A stretch of 63,813 bases of DNA, the filler included, from Octopus bimaculoides (taxonomy: Eukaryota), in assembly GCF_001194135.2 (NCBI RefSeq). It is 7 parts of 7 records of this genome, joined end to end, with 100 filler letters (N's around TTAATTAATTAA, not from the genome) between each part and the next. Parts side by side here need not be neighbours in the genome. Positions count along the whole stretch, not along the records: positions 6,307 to 19,694 come from NC_068988.1; positions 19,795 to 24,711 come from NC_069006.1; positions 24,812 to 35,677 come from NC_068982.1; 4 more parts are not named here. The stretch is one strand, 5' to 3'. The position numbers and the translations under genes were made by a program. The notes beneath the pieces are model-generated. The model did not search any database. It had not been told where the DNA came from and worked only from the letters and a program-made list of their open reading frames with translations. This document shows positions 13,270-26,228 of the stretch, piece after piece (position 1 is the first letter of the stretch; each line of letters starts with the position of its first letter).

Positions 13270-13730
13270 GGTGGTGGTGGTGGTGGCGGCGGCGGCGGCG
13301 GTGGCGGTACCATAGCAGCAGTCGTTAGTGCGGATTTTAATTCTCTCATTTTGAACAACATTCATCATTTATGCTATCGCGAATTCGCTGCGTGAAAGGA
13401 CAACCCTTGACCTACACTACACTGCATTTAACAAGATCAATTTTGACCTTTTCATCTGCTACCTTAGGCTATACGATCATTCTAAGGTCAGTGGACAGAT
13501 CTGAAGAGCTGACCAAGCACTAAGATATGCAGTAGAGTTTAGGTATTTACTTTCGTAATAAAATAATCATTCCAGCTTTGAGACACATCTGACAAGCTTA
13601 CTTGTGTTTAAGAAAAGTTTTCTTTCTTCCTGAGACTGTGGAATACACGGATGCTCAGGAATATTTTTGCTGCAGTAAAGTGGATTGCAAATACATTCGC
13701 CAATTTAGGAAAATACTATATCATAGTTCC

Positions 13731-13764
<34 letters not shown>

Positions 13765-13947
13765 CAAGTAGATGGAATAAAATGCCTGAATCCAAATTAC
13801 AACTATTTCTGTTCATTAGTATCAGCTGGTAATTGCTGATTATGTCACATATATCTATCTATCTATCTATCTACTCTCCCCACTCTCTCTTTATATATAT
13901 GTATATACACACACACACGCGCGCGCACACACGCGCACACACATATA

Positions 13948-14175
13948 TACTCTTACTCTTTACTCTTTTACTTGTTTCAGTCATGTGACTGTAGCCATGC
14001 TAGAACACCGCCTTTAGTCGAGCAAATCGGCCCCTGGACTTATTCGTTGTAAGCCTAGTACATATTCTATCGGTCTCTTTTGCCGAACCGCTAAGTTACG
14101 GAGACGTAAACACACCAGCATCGGTTATCAAGCGATGTTGGGGACAAACACAGACACACAAACATATACATACAT
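13948..14175 (-). mobile_element. SINE family A, 3' half
   Basis: Reverse complement of the family A tail (tactcttttacttgtttcagtca...gaaccgctaagttacg). Confidence 0.88.
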
Positions 14176-15600
14176 ATATATATATATTTATGTGTGTGTG
14201 TGTGTGTGTGTGTTTGTGTGTGTGTGTCTGTGTGTGTGTGTGCGCGCATTGTATGTATGCATGTATGTACCAATGTACGTATGTAGTATGTATGTTAATA
14301 CGTATGTAGATAGGTAAATAGGATTGTAAGTAGGTAGGCAGGCAGATTGGCAGCTATACACGTATATATCTCTACGTACGTATTACTTCACATAAGATCT
14401 AAAGAAACTTCATGCCTATCGGGAATCGATAATGTCCGCCATTTTGTTTAATGAGTTCAGCATCTGATGGTTTTATTTTATTTATTATTTTTCGAGTTTA
14501 GAAATTTTACTCGAAGTTTGCTTTCATTATTTCCGCGTCTCCGCTATGTAAATAATATTACTCTGAAGGGTACGGATATCAAACCACACATAAACTTCCT
14601 CTGAAACACATAAAGACTGGCAACGTTGATATATATCAAAATTAGTCAGTTGTACACGCAGTTGGTAATGGTTTAGTATTTTCCTTTTCGTGTATGTATG
14701 TGTCTTGTTATATTTTTTAAGAACGCCTCACCAATACAGAAAGAGCCGTTCGCTACCCACAAAATAATACTATTTCTATTTGAATTTATGGTACAACGGC
14801 GCAATAATCATCGACCACACATACATATATGTATGCATATATATGTGTATACACACACACACATACACACAGATATATATATATATATATATATATANNN
14901 NNNNNNNNNNNNNNNNNNNNNNNNNNNNNNNNNNNNNNNNNNNNNNNNNNNNNNNNNNNNNNNNNNNNNNNNNNNNNNNNNNNNNNNNNNNNNNNNNNNN
15001 NNNNNNNNNNNNNNNNNNNNNNNNNNNNNNNNNNNNNNNNNNNNNNNNNNNNNNNNNNNNNNNNNNNNNNNNNNNNNNNNNNNNNNNNNNNNNNNNNNNN
15101 NNNNNNNNNNNNNNNNNNNNNNNNNNNNNNNNNNNNNNNNNNNNNNNNNNNNNNNNNNNNNNNNNNNNNNNNNNNNNNNNNNNNNNNNNNNNNNNNNNNN
15201 NNNNNNNNNNNNNNNNNNNNNNNNNNNNNNNNNNNNNNNNNNNNNNNNNNNNNNNNNNNNNNNNNNNNNNNNNNNNNNNNNNNNNNNNNNNNNNNNNNNN
15301 NNNNNNNNNNNNNNNNNNNNNNNNNNNNNNNNNNNNNNNNNNNNNNNNNNNNNNNNNNNNNNNNNNNNNNNNNNNNNNNNNNNNNNNNNNNNNNNNNNNN
15401 NNNNNNNNNNNNNNNNNNNNNNNNNNNNNNNNNNNNNNNNNNNNNNNNNNNNNNNNNNNNNNNNNNNNNNNNNNNNNNNNNNNNNNNNNNNNNNNNNNNN
15501 NNNNNNNNNNNNNNNNNNNNNNNNNNNNNNNNNNNNNNNNNNNNNNNNNNNNNNNNNNNNNNNNNNNNNNNNNNNNNNNNNNNNNNNNNNNNNNNNNNNN

Positions 15601-15641
<41 letters not shown>

Positions 15642-16689
15642 TATACATATATATATTGATAGAAACATGGGCTTAGATAAAAACACTATAGGAAAATCTG
15701 TTAACCAATTTTATGTTAAGCTCGTTGTATTCTCTCAAATAGATACAGGGTGGTTGCGAAGCGAACTTCTTCTTAACTACATATACTTACTTATCCAATA
15801 ATACTCAATGTTATTTACTTTTCGTGTACATAAAATTTCCTACGACTTTGGTAATCTATTTGTTTGTAACTTTTCCTCCTGCTTTCAATAAATATTTTAC
15901 GTAGAGTATATATCTTTCAAGTTCGTATACTCTGAGCAAGGATATTTTCTTGCTTGAGATTTTACATCCGTTAAGTTATTTGATTTTATGATTCCATATT
16001 ATATATTACTGTTTGTATATTTCTTCTATTTATTGTTTATAATCACAATTTAGAATTTATGAATTACTACAAGTTAAGTCTTTCCTTATCTTTTTGTTTC
16101 ATGTTTGTTACTTATCTTTCTTTTTTCCATTTTCTCATGTTTTATGCAATATCACTAGAACAATGGTTTACTATATTGTGTTTAATTGATTAATTAAATT
16201 GCTTACTGTAGTGTCTTTTGACCATTTATTGATGATCTCTATTTGAATTGAATTTCTTTTTATGAACACCTTATTCTTATTTACTAAGTTGAAATCTGTA
16301 AATTGATTTTCAATTGTTTCTTGGCATTCATTTTACGATTTTGATTTTTCGATTTTTCTTTTCTTATCTGTTTCGCTAGAAATTGTATTGGTTCATTTGT
16401 AGTATATGTGTTTTGTTGTTTCAAAACTTTTATATTTCTTCATTCGTAAAAAATAGATATGTGAGTGTCGTAAGCTCGAATTACATCTGGAATCCGGGTA
16501 AAATAGCAACGTTTTTTTTTTGTCCGTAAAATTTATTGTACACAAGAAAGGGCGGTAAAAGAGATAAGTATGACATCTTGGAGATCCGAGAAATGGAGAA
16601 AGTGAGCTTGTGTATATGTGTGAAACAGTGAGTGAGAATGTTTGTGTGTTCATGAAGAGGAGAGAGTGTGTGTGACAGAGGGAGAGAAA

Positions 16690-16809
<120 letters not shown>

Positions 16810-18348
16810 CGCTTCGGACATTGGCCTTTGTCTTTGAGTATGAAAGACGGAGAAAATATTGTCGATTCATTGGTAAGATTGCAAAAACAAATATTGTAAG
16901 TGTGTCGATGTTTGTTTCTCTTTACAAGTTACAAGTTTGTATTAAGTGTGTTTTATTAATATTTCTCTCTCTTATTATTTTCCCTGACTTTAGTTCTCTG
17001 TCCACCTCCTGTGTTCTTTTGAAGTAAGTTGTTGCCGGTAGTTTTATTGAATTTCTCCTAATATCTAATGTTATAACAGTTTGTTTTATGTCTCGTCACA
17101 AATTTGAAAATGTATTGTTGGTTAAATATAATTCTGAATGTCTCTCACTCTGTATATAATTAATAGGTTAACTTTCCCTTGTTGATGTTTTCTGATCTTA
17201 TATAACACCAAAATATGCTCTCGTTGCTTCACAATATTCTGATCATGTTCATTTAGTCCTTTTGCTTTTGTTTCTCTGAATTTTTATTTGCTACGCTTTT
17301 ATTTTTACCATTTTTTCCATTTATTTTTTCCATTTATTTTTTCCATTTTTTTATTTTTTAGTGGGGAAACAGGGTATTATAAAATTTTAACGATTACTTT
17401 GCTCTTTTGATAATTCAGAAATCTCTGTGAAGCTGTCGTCTTTGATATTATTGATTTCTCACAGTCAATTATTTTCTTGCCTTGTCATTACTGTCGAATA
17501 ATTTCCAGCATTTTTATTCGTCATTTTTTTTTTTACATCATCTTCCTAAGTATCTCTGAATAGCACAGGGTTGAGAAAGTAGTGAGTGCAGCAATTCCAC
17601 GTCAGTAGTACCGGTTCCAACGAAGCCACCATAATCTTAACTCCGTTTCGAAGTTCCTTTGTTTGTTTTGCAATAATCATTTATTTGTTTATTTTGGATA
17701 TGCTACGGAGACCAATGAAACGCCAGCACTTCCATTCTACAGACGGTTAATGGCGGACGTGATCAAAGTTGTTCTAGAAGCGATCTGGAAATCGATAGAT
17801 AATTTTCCAAAAGATCTTGGTCTTACATTATCACAGGGAAGCATTGGTAGTTTGAAATAAACTCTACAGGTACGGTACACACGTTAACAGGGTCGGTACA
17901 AGATGTGTAACTAGCAACAAATTCGTTCTAATTACACTTGTACAGTGTTATCTCTCACCTCTGGTTTTCTTTTCTATGCCCTTTTCTTTTCTATGTTTTC
18001 TATGATGAAGGATGCAGTTTGGTGGCCATGACTTGATGGGCTGATAGCAGCGTTTTTAATGTCTTGTCAAATATTTATCAATTTTCAAGTTACTACGTTA
18101 ATACGGCTGTGGAGAAGATAAGAAGGAAATGGTCCTCTCATTTGTGCAAATGTGGTGGGGTTCCGACGAGTTTAGTGTAGCTGAAGGAGATAAACTCTGA
18201 ATATGTGTCTGAAAGTCGAAACCAAAACAGAGAGAAAAACTTACAGCTTGGGGAGAACGTAGTCCGAGATTTGTGTTATTTGCTAATTATTACTTAGTAA
18301 TTGTGGAGGCGCAATGGCCCATTGGTTAGGGCAGCGGACTCGCGGTCA

Positions 18349-18788
18349 AGCATTGATCTTGGGCTACTATGATAAACCCTTCTGTTTCTGATTTTATGCC
18401 AGAAGCCATTAGCGATTGATGGGTAAGGGCTTTGTAAACATCGGTATTATTAGCTCTCCTTGGGTATTTGCCATTGAGAGGTTTTTCTTGTCATTTATCA
18501 GTAAGAATATCTAAGGCAGCAGTTTTAGTACGAGTTTTCATACGCTTAGCTTTTTCTCTGCTTGTTTCTAGTACGTCAAATTCTGGAATTTGGATTTGCA
18601 ATTCACTTAGATATTCCTTTGCCTATTTTGTTACTGAGTAAGATGCTTTCTTGTTTTCATGTTTTGAGACAAGTTTTAGCATCCAGTTTTTCAGGTAGGT
18701 GTCTAGGCCAATTGTGGCATTCTTCATTGTTAATGTCAGTTGTAAAAGTCCACGGCCTCCCTCTTTTCTTGGCAGATAAAGTCCGTCT
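18349..18788 (-). mobile_element. R4/Dong-like RLE-type non-LTR retrotransposon fragment (post-RT region)
   Basis: Minus strand: PKADIDGLYLPRKEGGRGLLQL...LNGKYPRRAN...GIKSETEGFIIVAQDQ, typical of the R4/Dong clade. Confidence 0.85.
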
Positions 18789-18802
18789 ATATCTGCCTTA
18801 GG

Positions 18803-19174
18803 GTGCCCAGTGGTTAGGGCAGCGGACTCGCGGTCATAGGATCGTGGTTTCAATTCCCAGACCGGGCATTGTGAGTGTTTATTGAGCGAAAACACCTAAA
18901 GCTCCACAAGGCTCCGGCAGGGGATGGTGGCGAACCCTGCTGTACTCTTCCACCACAACTTTCTCTCACTCTTTCTTCCTGTTTCTGTTGTGCCTGTAAT
19001 TCAAAGGGTCAGCCTTGTCACAGTTTCACGCTGAATATCCCCGAGCACTACGTTAAGGGTACATGTGTCTGTGGAGTGCTCAGCCACTTGCACGTTAATT
19101 TCACGAGCAGGCTGTTCCGTTGATCGGATCAACTGGAACCCTCGACGTCGTAAGCGACGAAGTGCCAAGAAACA
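18803..19174 (+). mobile_element. SINE family C inserted into the R4-like fragment, 14-bp TSD
   Basis: ATATCTGCCTTAGG at 18789-18802 and 19175-19188. An orphan 46-bp head of the same family lies at 18303-18348. Confidence 0.92.
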
Positions 19175-19188
19175 ATATCTGCCTTAGG

Positions 19189-19510
19189 ATGGTGGTGCAT
19201 TCTATGCTTTATCAACAATTTTCCTATTTTTCTGTCAAGATTACATAATTCAGTTATTGACCAGTTAATGATTGACCAGTTGCTTCTCCTGTTACTGAAT
19301 ATAAGATATTCTTGTGTTCGTGCTTTAAGAGAAGTTTTAACATCTGGTTATCAGAAATTTGCAGATAAATATTTAAGCCAATTGTGACAATTTCCAGTGT
19401 CAATCGAAGTTCAAACTCCATGGTCATCCTCATCCTTTGGCAAGTAAAATTATTCTTCACCTTCTTTATGGTGGTGCATTTTATTCATTGTCAACAATTT
19501 TCGTATTTTT
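19189..19510 (-). mobile_element. R4/Dong-like fragments (continuation plus a diverged second copy of the same region)
   Basis: atggtggtgcatt...tcaacaattttc occurs twice (about 19189 and 19468). ORF 19254-19460 resembles the 18623 ORF (TIGLNIYLQ...MLKLLLKHEHKNILYSVT). Confidence 0.65.
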
Positions 19511-21021
19511 GTATTAACCTATTACCTCCCATAATTCTATTAACTGGAATTTTTTAATGAAACTTTGATTTCTAGCATAAAACAGCCTTACAAACACACT
19601 GGAATGATCAAAATAACATTTTAGATAGAAATAAGCGAGATATTGGGTGAAAAATTAGCAAACCTCATTTGAATATCAGAGAAATATACCTAGTNNNNNN
19701 NNNNNNNNNNNNNNNNNNNNNNNNNNNNNNNNNNNNNNTTAATTAATTAANNNNNNNNNNNNNNNNNNNNNNNNNNNNNNNNNNNNNNNNNNNNACATAT
19801 ATATATATACACACACACATATATATATATACACACACACATATATATATATACACACACACATATATATATACACACACACAAATATATATATATACAC
19901 ACACACACACACAAATATATATATATATACACACACGCACACAAATATATATATACACACACATATATATATATATATATACATATATACACATACATAC
20001 ATATATATACATATATATATCTATATATGTACACAGAAAGAATATGAGATTCAGTTCACTTGTGATCTAAACGAATAGGTACGCTGGGTAAGTGTTATAG
20101 TTGGTCGACTGGAAACGAACGAAATTTCACTAAATTAGCACACCTTATTGGTCTTCATATATGAGTGTGTGTACATTTACGCGGGCGAAAGGTGGGTAGA
20201 TAGAAACATACTATTGTATTCATTTTTTAAGGGATTTTGTCGATCAAATCGACCCCAGTTCTAAGACTGGCACCTGTTCTATTGCTCTCTTTCTTTGCTG
20301 AACCCGTAATTTACAGGGACGAAAACGGACCAATACCGATTATCAGGAAGTGACACACACACACACACACATATAATTATGTGTGCATGTGTGTGGGGGT
20401 GTTATATAGTTAAATAAGATTCAGGAAAAAACCTTGTAGAATGCAATGCAAATCTCGTCCACAGTTATTGGCTACCAAATTTCGCCGTACAGTGGAAATG
20501 CTTCTACTGCTACTGGATATACATCAGGAATTCCATAATATCTGTATAATGCAAATATTTTATTGTGTACACCGGTGTAAGTAGGAACTAACACCTCTTG
20601 TTAATTAGGTCCACAGAAATTGGAGGTGAATTTTATAAGTGTGACAGCGGGGGTTCCAATATCCTGGAACAAAGATCCCTTTTATGCACGTACTTCAATA
20701 AGGCTGCCATCCAGGGACTAAAACCAGTGAAATGATGATGGAATATTTGGGGCTGAACCCGTTAAAGATGATATCGCGATGAGTAATGAATCCTGGTAAG
20801 ATCTGTAAAAGTGTAGAGTTGGAAGAGAAAATCCATAACAGGGTATTAATGATTCCAACTGTAGGAAGAAAATATATGCGGCAGTTTACTGGCGTGTATA
20901 TTCAGGCGTATAGAATATGGTATTGATTAGAGGGGAGAGAAATGAGCGAGAGTTCAATGAGAGATCAATATTAGAGAGCTGGGATGAAGAGAAGCTTATC
21001 CATCTACCTATAGAATGAGTG

Positions 21022-21073
<52 letters not shown>

Positions 21074-21402
21074 TATATGCGCGCACATACAGAGAAAGAG
21101 ATGTGTGTGTGTACGTGTATATACGTATGTATATATGTGCACTCATATATCTGGGGGTATATTTATGTGTATATTTATATATCAGTGTAAAAGAAATTCG
21201 GTGTTGTTTATGTTGGTTCTCTTTGGGTTCCGTACCATAGCGGTTCGACGACTAGATATCGATAAAATAATTACAAGACGAAAATAAAACTTCGGGGTCG
21301 ATATACGAGCGACTAAACTCAAAGGCGGGATCTATACATATATATATATAGAAAGATAGATAGATAAACTTACTTGGAAATGGATGAATGGCGTCCAATC
21401 TT

Positions 21403-21437
<35 letters not shown>

Positions 21438-22189
21438 GTACATACATATATGTGTATATTTTATGCATATATTGGTACAGAACGTCATAAAACGGTGGTG
21501 CAGGTGCATCAGCATGGCCGCAGCTCTGAGCTGAAACTTTGAAATGAAATGAAAATGGAATATGAACTTTTTTTTGCGAACAACGAAAGAGACAAATGGA
21601 AAGCAAGACAAGTAACATAAAGAACGACCCTTCATCAATTGTCGGCTGTTTTATCTACTCCATATTTCGAGCAATTACGACATGAGTCCAAGGTGCTGCG
21701 AAGTCGGATTGAACGTACAACCACGTGGTTGTGCTAAGTGAGACGACTCTCCTTTCGCCCCTTACGTTATGTTCAAAAATCACTTGGGATTGTCAGAGAT
21801 GGAGTGTCTCTGCTCGACGTGGCTTCACCAGGGAATCAAACAAACAACAGCAGTAGCGAGGATGATGGAATGTTTGTACTCGGTATTATTTGGAGTACGA
21901 TGAAACGGATGGGGATTAGTTTAGAGTTAATTACCTCCCTTACAGGTAATTACGTTCTTTTGAAATAGCGTCTAGATCGAATTAGCCTTTCATCCTACCT
22001 GTGATCGATATAAATCAGTACTAGTGATGTATTGGATCAATACAATCGATCGTGTCGTCCTGTAAAATGTATGGCCCTGTGCCAACCTGAAAAAAAAAAG
22101 AAATCAATATTCTCGCCTCTGTGTTTGTGTGTTTGTGCACACACACACACACACACACACACGATCTCTTCTGTTTTCAATTATTTGAA

Positions 22190-23008
22190 GTTTTCCTATA
22201 AAGAAGGAGCTGGTTTCTTAAAAAAAAGATACAAAGCTCTGTTTTTGGAATGTAAATAACAAAAACAAATTCACATTTTAAACTTGAGAAAGAAAAGTCT
22301 TGCATATTTGTACTGTTCCGCTTACAGGTTGTATTCGTAATGTCCAAATTAGCTGATTGATTTCTTTTTATGAAAACGCTAACTTATCCAGATCGTCCCT
22401 CAGAAATTGCCAGTTGTCACTTATATGCATGCGTGTAATGTATGTATGTATGTATGTATGTATGTATGTATATGTGCGGATTTGTATGCTTTGTTTTATG
22501 TATGTATATTCATGCATATAGTTGCATATCTAGACATGCTCATATATATCTAAACGATAAACTTCTGGAAAGTTTTACAGATTTTTAGTTTCAGTAATGG
22601 ATTGGGTCTGTAGTCTTCGAATTAGCTTTCACCTTCTTGGTTTTGAGAAGCCTAATTTCTCAAGATTGGTATTTAGGCAATGTATGTATGTTCTGTTCTA
22701 TATTTAGTTATTTAAACTCTTCCTCCGGGGAAAGATTTAGGTTTCTAACAAAGATACAAAACTCCGTCGTTTGAATGTAGATAACAAAAACATTGTCACA
22801 TTTTGAACTTGAAAAAAGTGTTGCATATTTTTACTGTTCCACTTACAGACTGTATTCGTAATATGTCGAGTTAATTGGTTCATTTCTTTTTTCTGAAAAC
22901 TCTGGCTTATCCAGATTGTCACTTAGGCATTCATTTACAAAGCCAAGTACACCAATTATTATTGGTTTAAATGTAAATTTGCAATCTGGATATAAAAGCT
23001 GCAGATTT

Positions 23009-23010
<2 letters not shown>
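22190..23010 (-). mobile_element. Three stacked 3' ends of R4/Dong-like RLE elements (subfamily order 2-1-2)
   Basis: Reverse complement gives degraded LEKLGFSKP..KLIRRLQTQSITET(V)KICKTFQKF and GTV.ICKTF..F.M*. Nucleotide similarity to 32860-33040 and 33200-33500. Confidence 0.75.
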
Positions 23011-23043
<33 letters not shown>

Positions 23044-24451
23044 NNNNNNNNNNNNNNNNNNNNNNNNNNNNNNNNNNNNNNNNNNNNNNNNNNNNNNNNN
23101 NNNNNNNNNNNNNNNNNNNNNNNNNNNNNNNNNNNNNNNNNNNNNNNNNNNNNNNNNNNNNNNNNNNNNNNNNNNNNNNNNNNNNNNNNNNNNNNNNNNN
23201 NNNNNNNNNNNNNNNNNNNNNNNNNNNNNNNNNNNNNNNNNNNNNNNNNNNNNNNNNNNNNNNNNNNNNNNNNNNNNNNNNNNNNNNNNNNNNNNNNNNN
23301 NNNNNNNNNNNNNNNNNNNNNNNNNNNNNNNNNNNNNNNNNNNNNNNNNNNNNNNNNNNNNNNNNNNNNNNNNNNNNNNNNNNNNNNNNNNNNNNNNNNN
23401 NNNNNNNNNNNNNNNNNNNNNNNNNNNNNNNNNNNNNNNNNNNNNNNNNNNNNNNNNNNNNNNNNNNNNNNNNNNNNNNNNNNNNNNNNNNNNNNNNNNN
23501 NNNNNNNNNNNNNNNNNNNNNNNNNNNNNNNNNNNNNNNNNNNNNNNNNNNNNNNNNNNNNNNNNNNNNNNNNNNNNNNNNNNNNNNNNNNNNNNNNNNN
23601 NNNNNNNNNNNNNNNNNNNNNNNNNNNNNNNNNNNNNNNNNNNNNNNNNNNNNNNNNNNNNNNNNNNNNTTCCATTGACAAACTTAGATTCTGCGGCAAA
23701 TTGTATTTCTACGCTGATGATCGATCGAATTTAGGTTAAAACAGAATATTGTTTCATTTCCATCATTATCGTCGTTGTTGGCACAAATTCCTAGATTTTG
23801 ATTTGCGGGATTAACAACTCTTTCGATAAATCCTTGATTTTGACAAAGTTTGGCTTAATTTAGTATCGATGACGATTGTAATCCGATCATCGATATCTTT
23901 GATAGTGATTGTATATAGACTGTTCATGCCGTCTGTATATCTATTTTAAAACCATCAAAATCCTTTTCGTTTTTATTACCAGAAATTATATTGTTTAGCA
24001 TGAAAGTAGGCCAAAATGTTCGGCTTTTTTTTTTTTTTTATTACAAAACGTTTTTTTTAACCGACTGACCGAGGTTTCCTAATCGATTGTCTTTTTAAAT
24101 ATCTTAAGCTTTCGCTAAACTCAGTCCTATATACAGCGCTACCCTCAGATTCTTTTTAAGAGAATCTGTGGTCTTTAGCTTTGGGTGAACCCAGGCCTCT
24201 ATATGTAGCTCTACTCTGGCAATATTCACATCTATCTGTTCACATTTTGGTTTATATTCTCTATGCTATTTGTTGCTTTATCGCCAGCCGCATAGCACTC
24301 AGTCAATTTTAAAAAAAGATTTAGTCTTAAGTCCTTATTCTGTTCTAAAAGTTCACAACTTGATGGTATATTCTTTAAGTAACACAATTCTACTTATGCT
24401 TCTTTCTAGGTAGATCAATTTCCATATTGACTCTACAGAATATATAACTTG

Positions 24452-24502
<51 letters not shown>

Positions 24503-24514
24503 CCTATCTATCTA

Positions 24515-24552
<38 letters not shown>

Positions 24553-24556
<4 letters not shown>

Positions 24557-24711
24557 GTTGGTGCATAAATATTGCGGGTTTTTTTCAATAAATTTTATTC
24601 AAAAAAAACAATAACAACATGTAACAAAAACATCTTTAAATGATTATTCCGGAGCATATTCATCATCTACTTCAATTACTGTTTCCCGTTTGTTTGGCAG
24701 ACGGTCGGAAT
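24553..24711 (-). mobile_element. Mariner (Tc1/mariner) transposon 3' end with TIR
   Basis: TA followed by ttgggttggtgcataaatattgcgggtttt, similar to mariner TIR TTAGGTTGGTGCAAAAGTAATTGCGG. Minus-strand C-terminus SDRLPNKRETVIEVDDEYAPE* (stop at 24644-24646). Inserted in (TA)n and cut by a gap. Confidence 0.8.
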
Positions 24712-24811
24712 NNNNNNNNNNNNNNNNNNNNNNNNNNNNNNNNNNNNNNNNNNNNTTAATTAATTAANNNNNNNNNNNNNNNNNNNNNNNNNNNNNNNNN
24801 NNNNNNNNNNN

Positions 24812-24847
<36 letters not shown>

Positions 24848-25175
24848 GCAGTAGATAAAACAATGAATGTTCTTCAATAACGTCTGCATTTTCCTCTGTG
24901 GCCGTTCATATCACTTTTACTTTCCTTTGTATAAATGTTATTTTATCTCAGAGCACTTCTACCGTCAACATTATCTTTAAAGCTAAGGCTCATATCTATC
25001 GATTGAGAACCAACACCTGCATTGATAATACTCGATTATATAAATATAATACAAACATTTCTATTGTGACAACCTTTAGGTTTTTATAACGTTTTACACC
25101 ATAGGAGAGAGAAAATAACTTCGAGGTAAGCACAATATTTTATATAAAGTGTTTCAAATGTTCAACAGAGAGAGG

Positions 25176-25245
<70 letters not shown>

Positions 25246-25804
25246 CAATGAACTACATTTCTTACAGAATTTAGTTTCCATCCCTCTACGTTTTGAATTC
25301 AGTTGCTGCTAGATTAGACTTTCTGTTCCTCGTTCTGATGTCAGGTTGGACTCAATGGAGCATACAGTTCTATTTCAAATGCGTGGCTTTGGGTCCCGTG
25401 GCATAGAACTGCTGGCATACGGAATCGAAATCGATTGTAGATTTGCTTAACCGACAGCTTAACTTTAAAGCATTTTGTCAAGGGAATCCACATCAGCGCA
25501 CACATTTGCCTTACAAATAATTTACCAAATTAACGTCGTGGGCCGGACATGAATGCTGGATTAGATTCATTTGTTAATAGAATTGCAAATTGTAGGGAAA
25601 AGCCCAGATCGCTTTGTTAACAGCAGTTCTTGACCAGCGCCACTAGAATTATCGAACATCGGACCCTGGCGTGATTTGAGCTGAAAATGTAAATAAATTG
25701 CGCACGGCATTCTATTGGTTCTACCAATAAACGCTCGTAACTACCAAAATATAATAATAATATACTGACAACAACAACAACAACAACAACAACACTGATA
25801 GTAA

Positions 25805-26178
25805 TAAAGTTTTCAAATTTTGGCACAAGGCCAGTAATTTCGAGGAAAGGAGCAAGTCAACCTAGTGTTTAACTGGTTCGACCCCGAAGAGCTAAAAGGC
25901 AGAGTCGACTTCGGCGGAATTTGAACTCAGAACGAAAAGACGGACGAAATGCCGCTAAGCATTTTGTCCGGCGTGCTAATGTTCTGCCAGCTTGCCGCCT
26001 ATTCAAAATACTGGTTTCAGATTTTTGCACAAGGCCAGTAATTTCGTGGGAAGGGATAAGCCGACTACATCGACCCCCGCCGTTCGACTGGTACTTATGA
26101 CTTCAAAAGGATGAAAGAGAAAGTCGACTTCAGCGGAATTTGAACTTAAAACGTAAAGACGGGCGAAATGCGCGCTAA
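25805..26178 (-). mobile_element. Two tandem copies of tRNA-derived SINE family B
   Basis: Reverse complement of ggcggc.agctggcagaa..ttagcacgccgg...ttctgagttcaaattccgccga.gtcgac, present twice. Confidence 0.85.
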
Positions 26179-26228
26179 AGATCTTGCGAGCTCACCATCC
26201 TAAGCATAATAATATAAATAATAATAAT

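Noticed and set aside
14436-14446. YY1-like CCGCCATTTTG with minus-strand ATGGCGGAC
   Set aside because: The frame stops after 8 codons with no donor, and there is no other promoter evidence.
11773-15801. Long ORFs of 240-367 aa in the ORF track (also near 23 kb, 38.5 kb and 40.3 kb)
   Set aside because: They consist of N runs and dinucleotide repeats.
20440-20780. GIP and VTAGVP words resembling RT motifs
   Set aside because: Similarity is too weak to separate from chance.
21717-21732. Perfect 16-bp palindrome ACAACCACGTGGTTGT
   Set aside because: It lies in a decayed reverse-strand SINE A head, where the tRNA-derived arm explains the symmetry.
23671-24420. YADD motif (LYFYADD) suggesting an RT relic
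   Set aside because: An isolated motif next to a gap, with no supporting flanking RT motifs.
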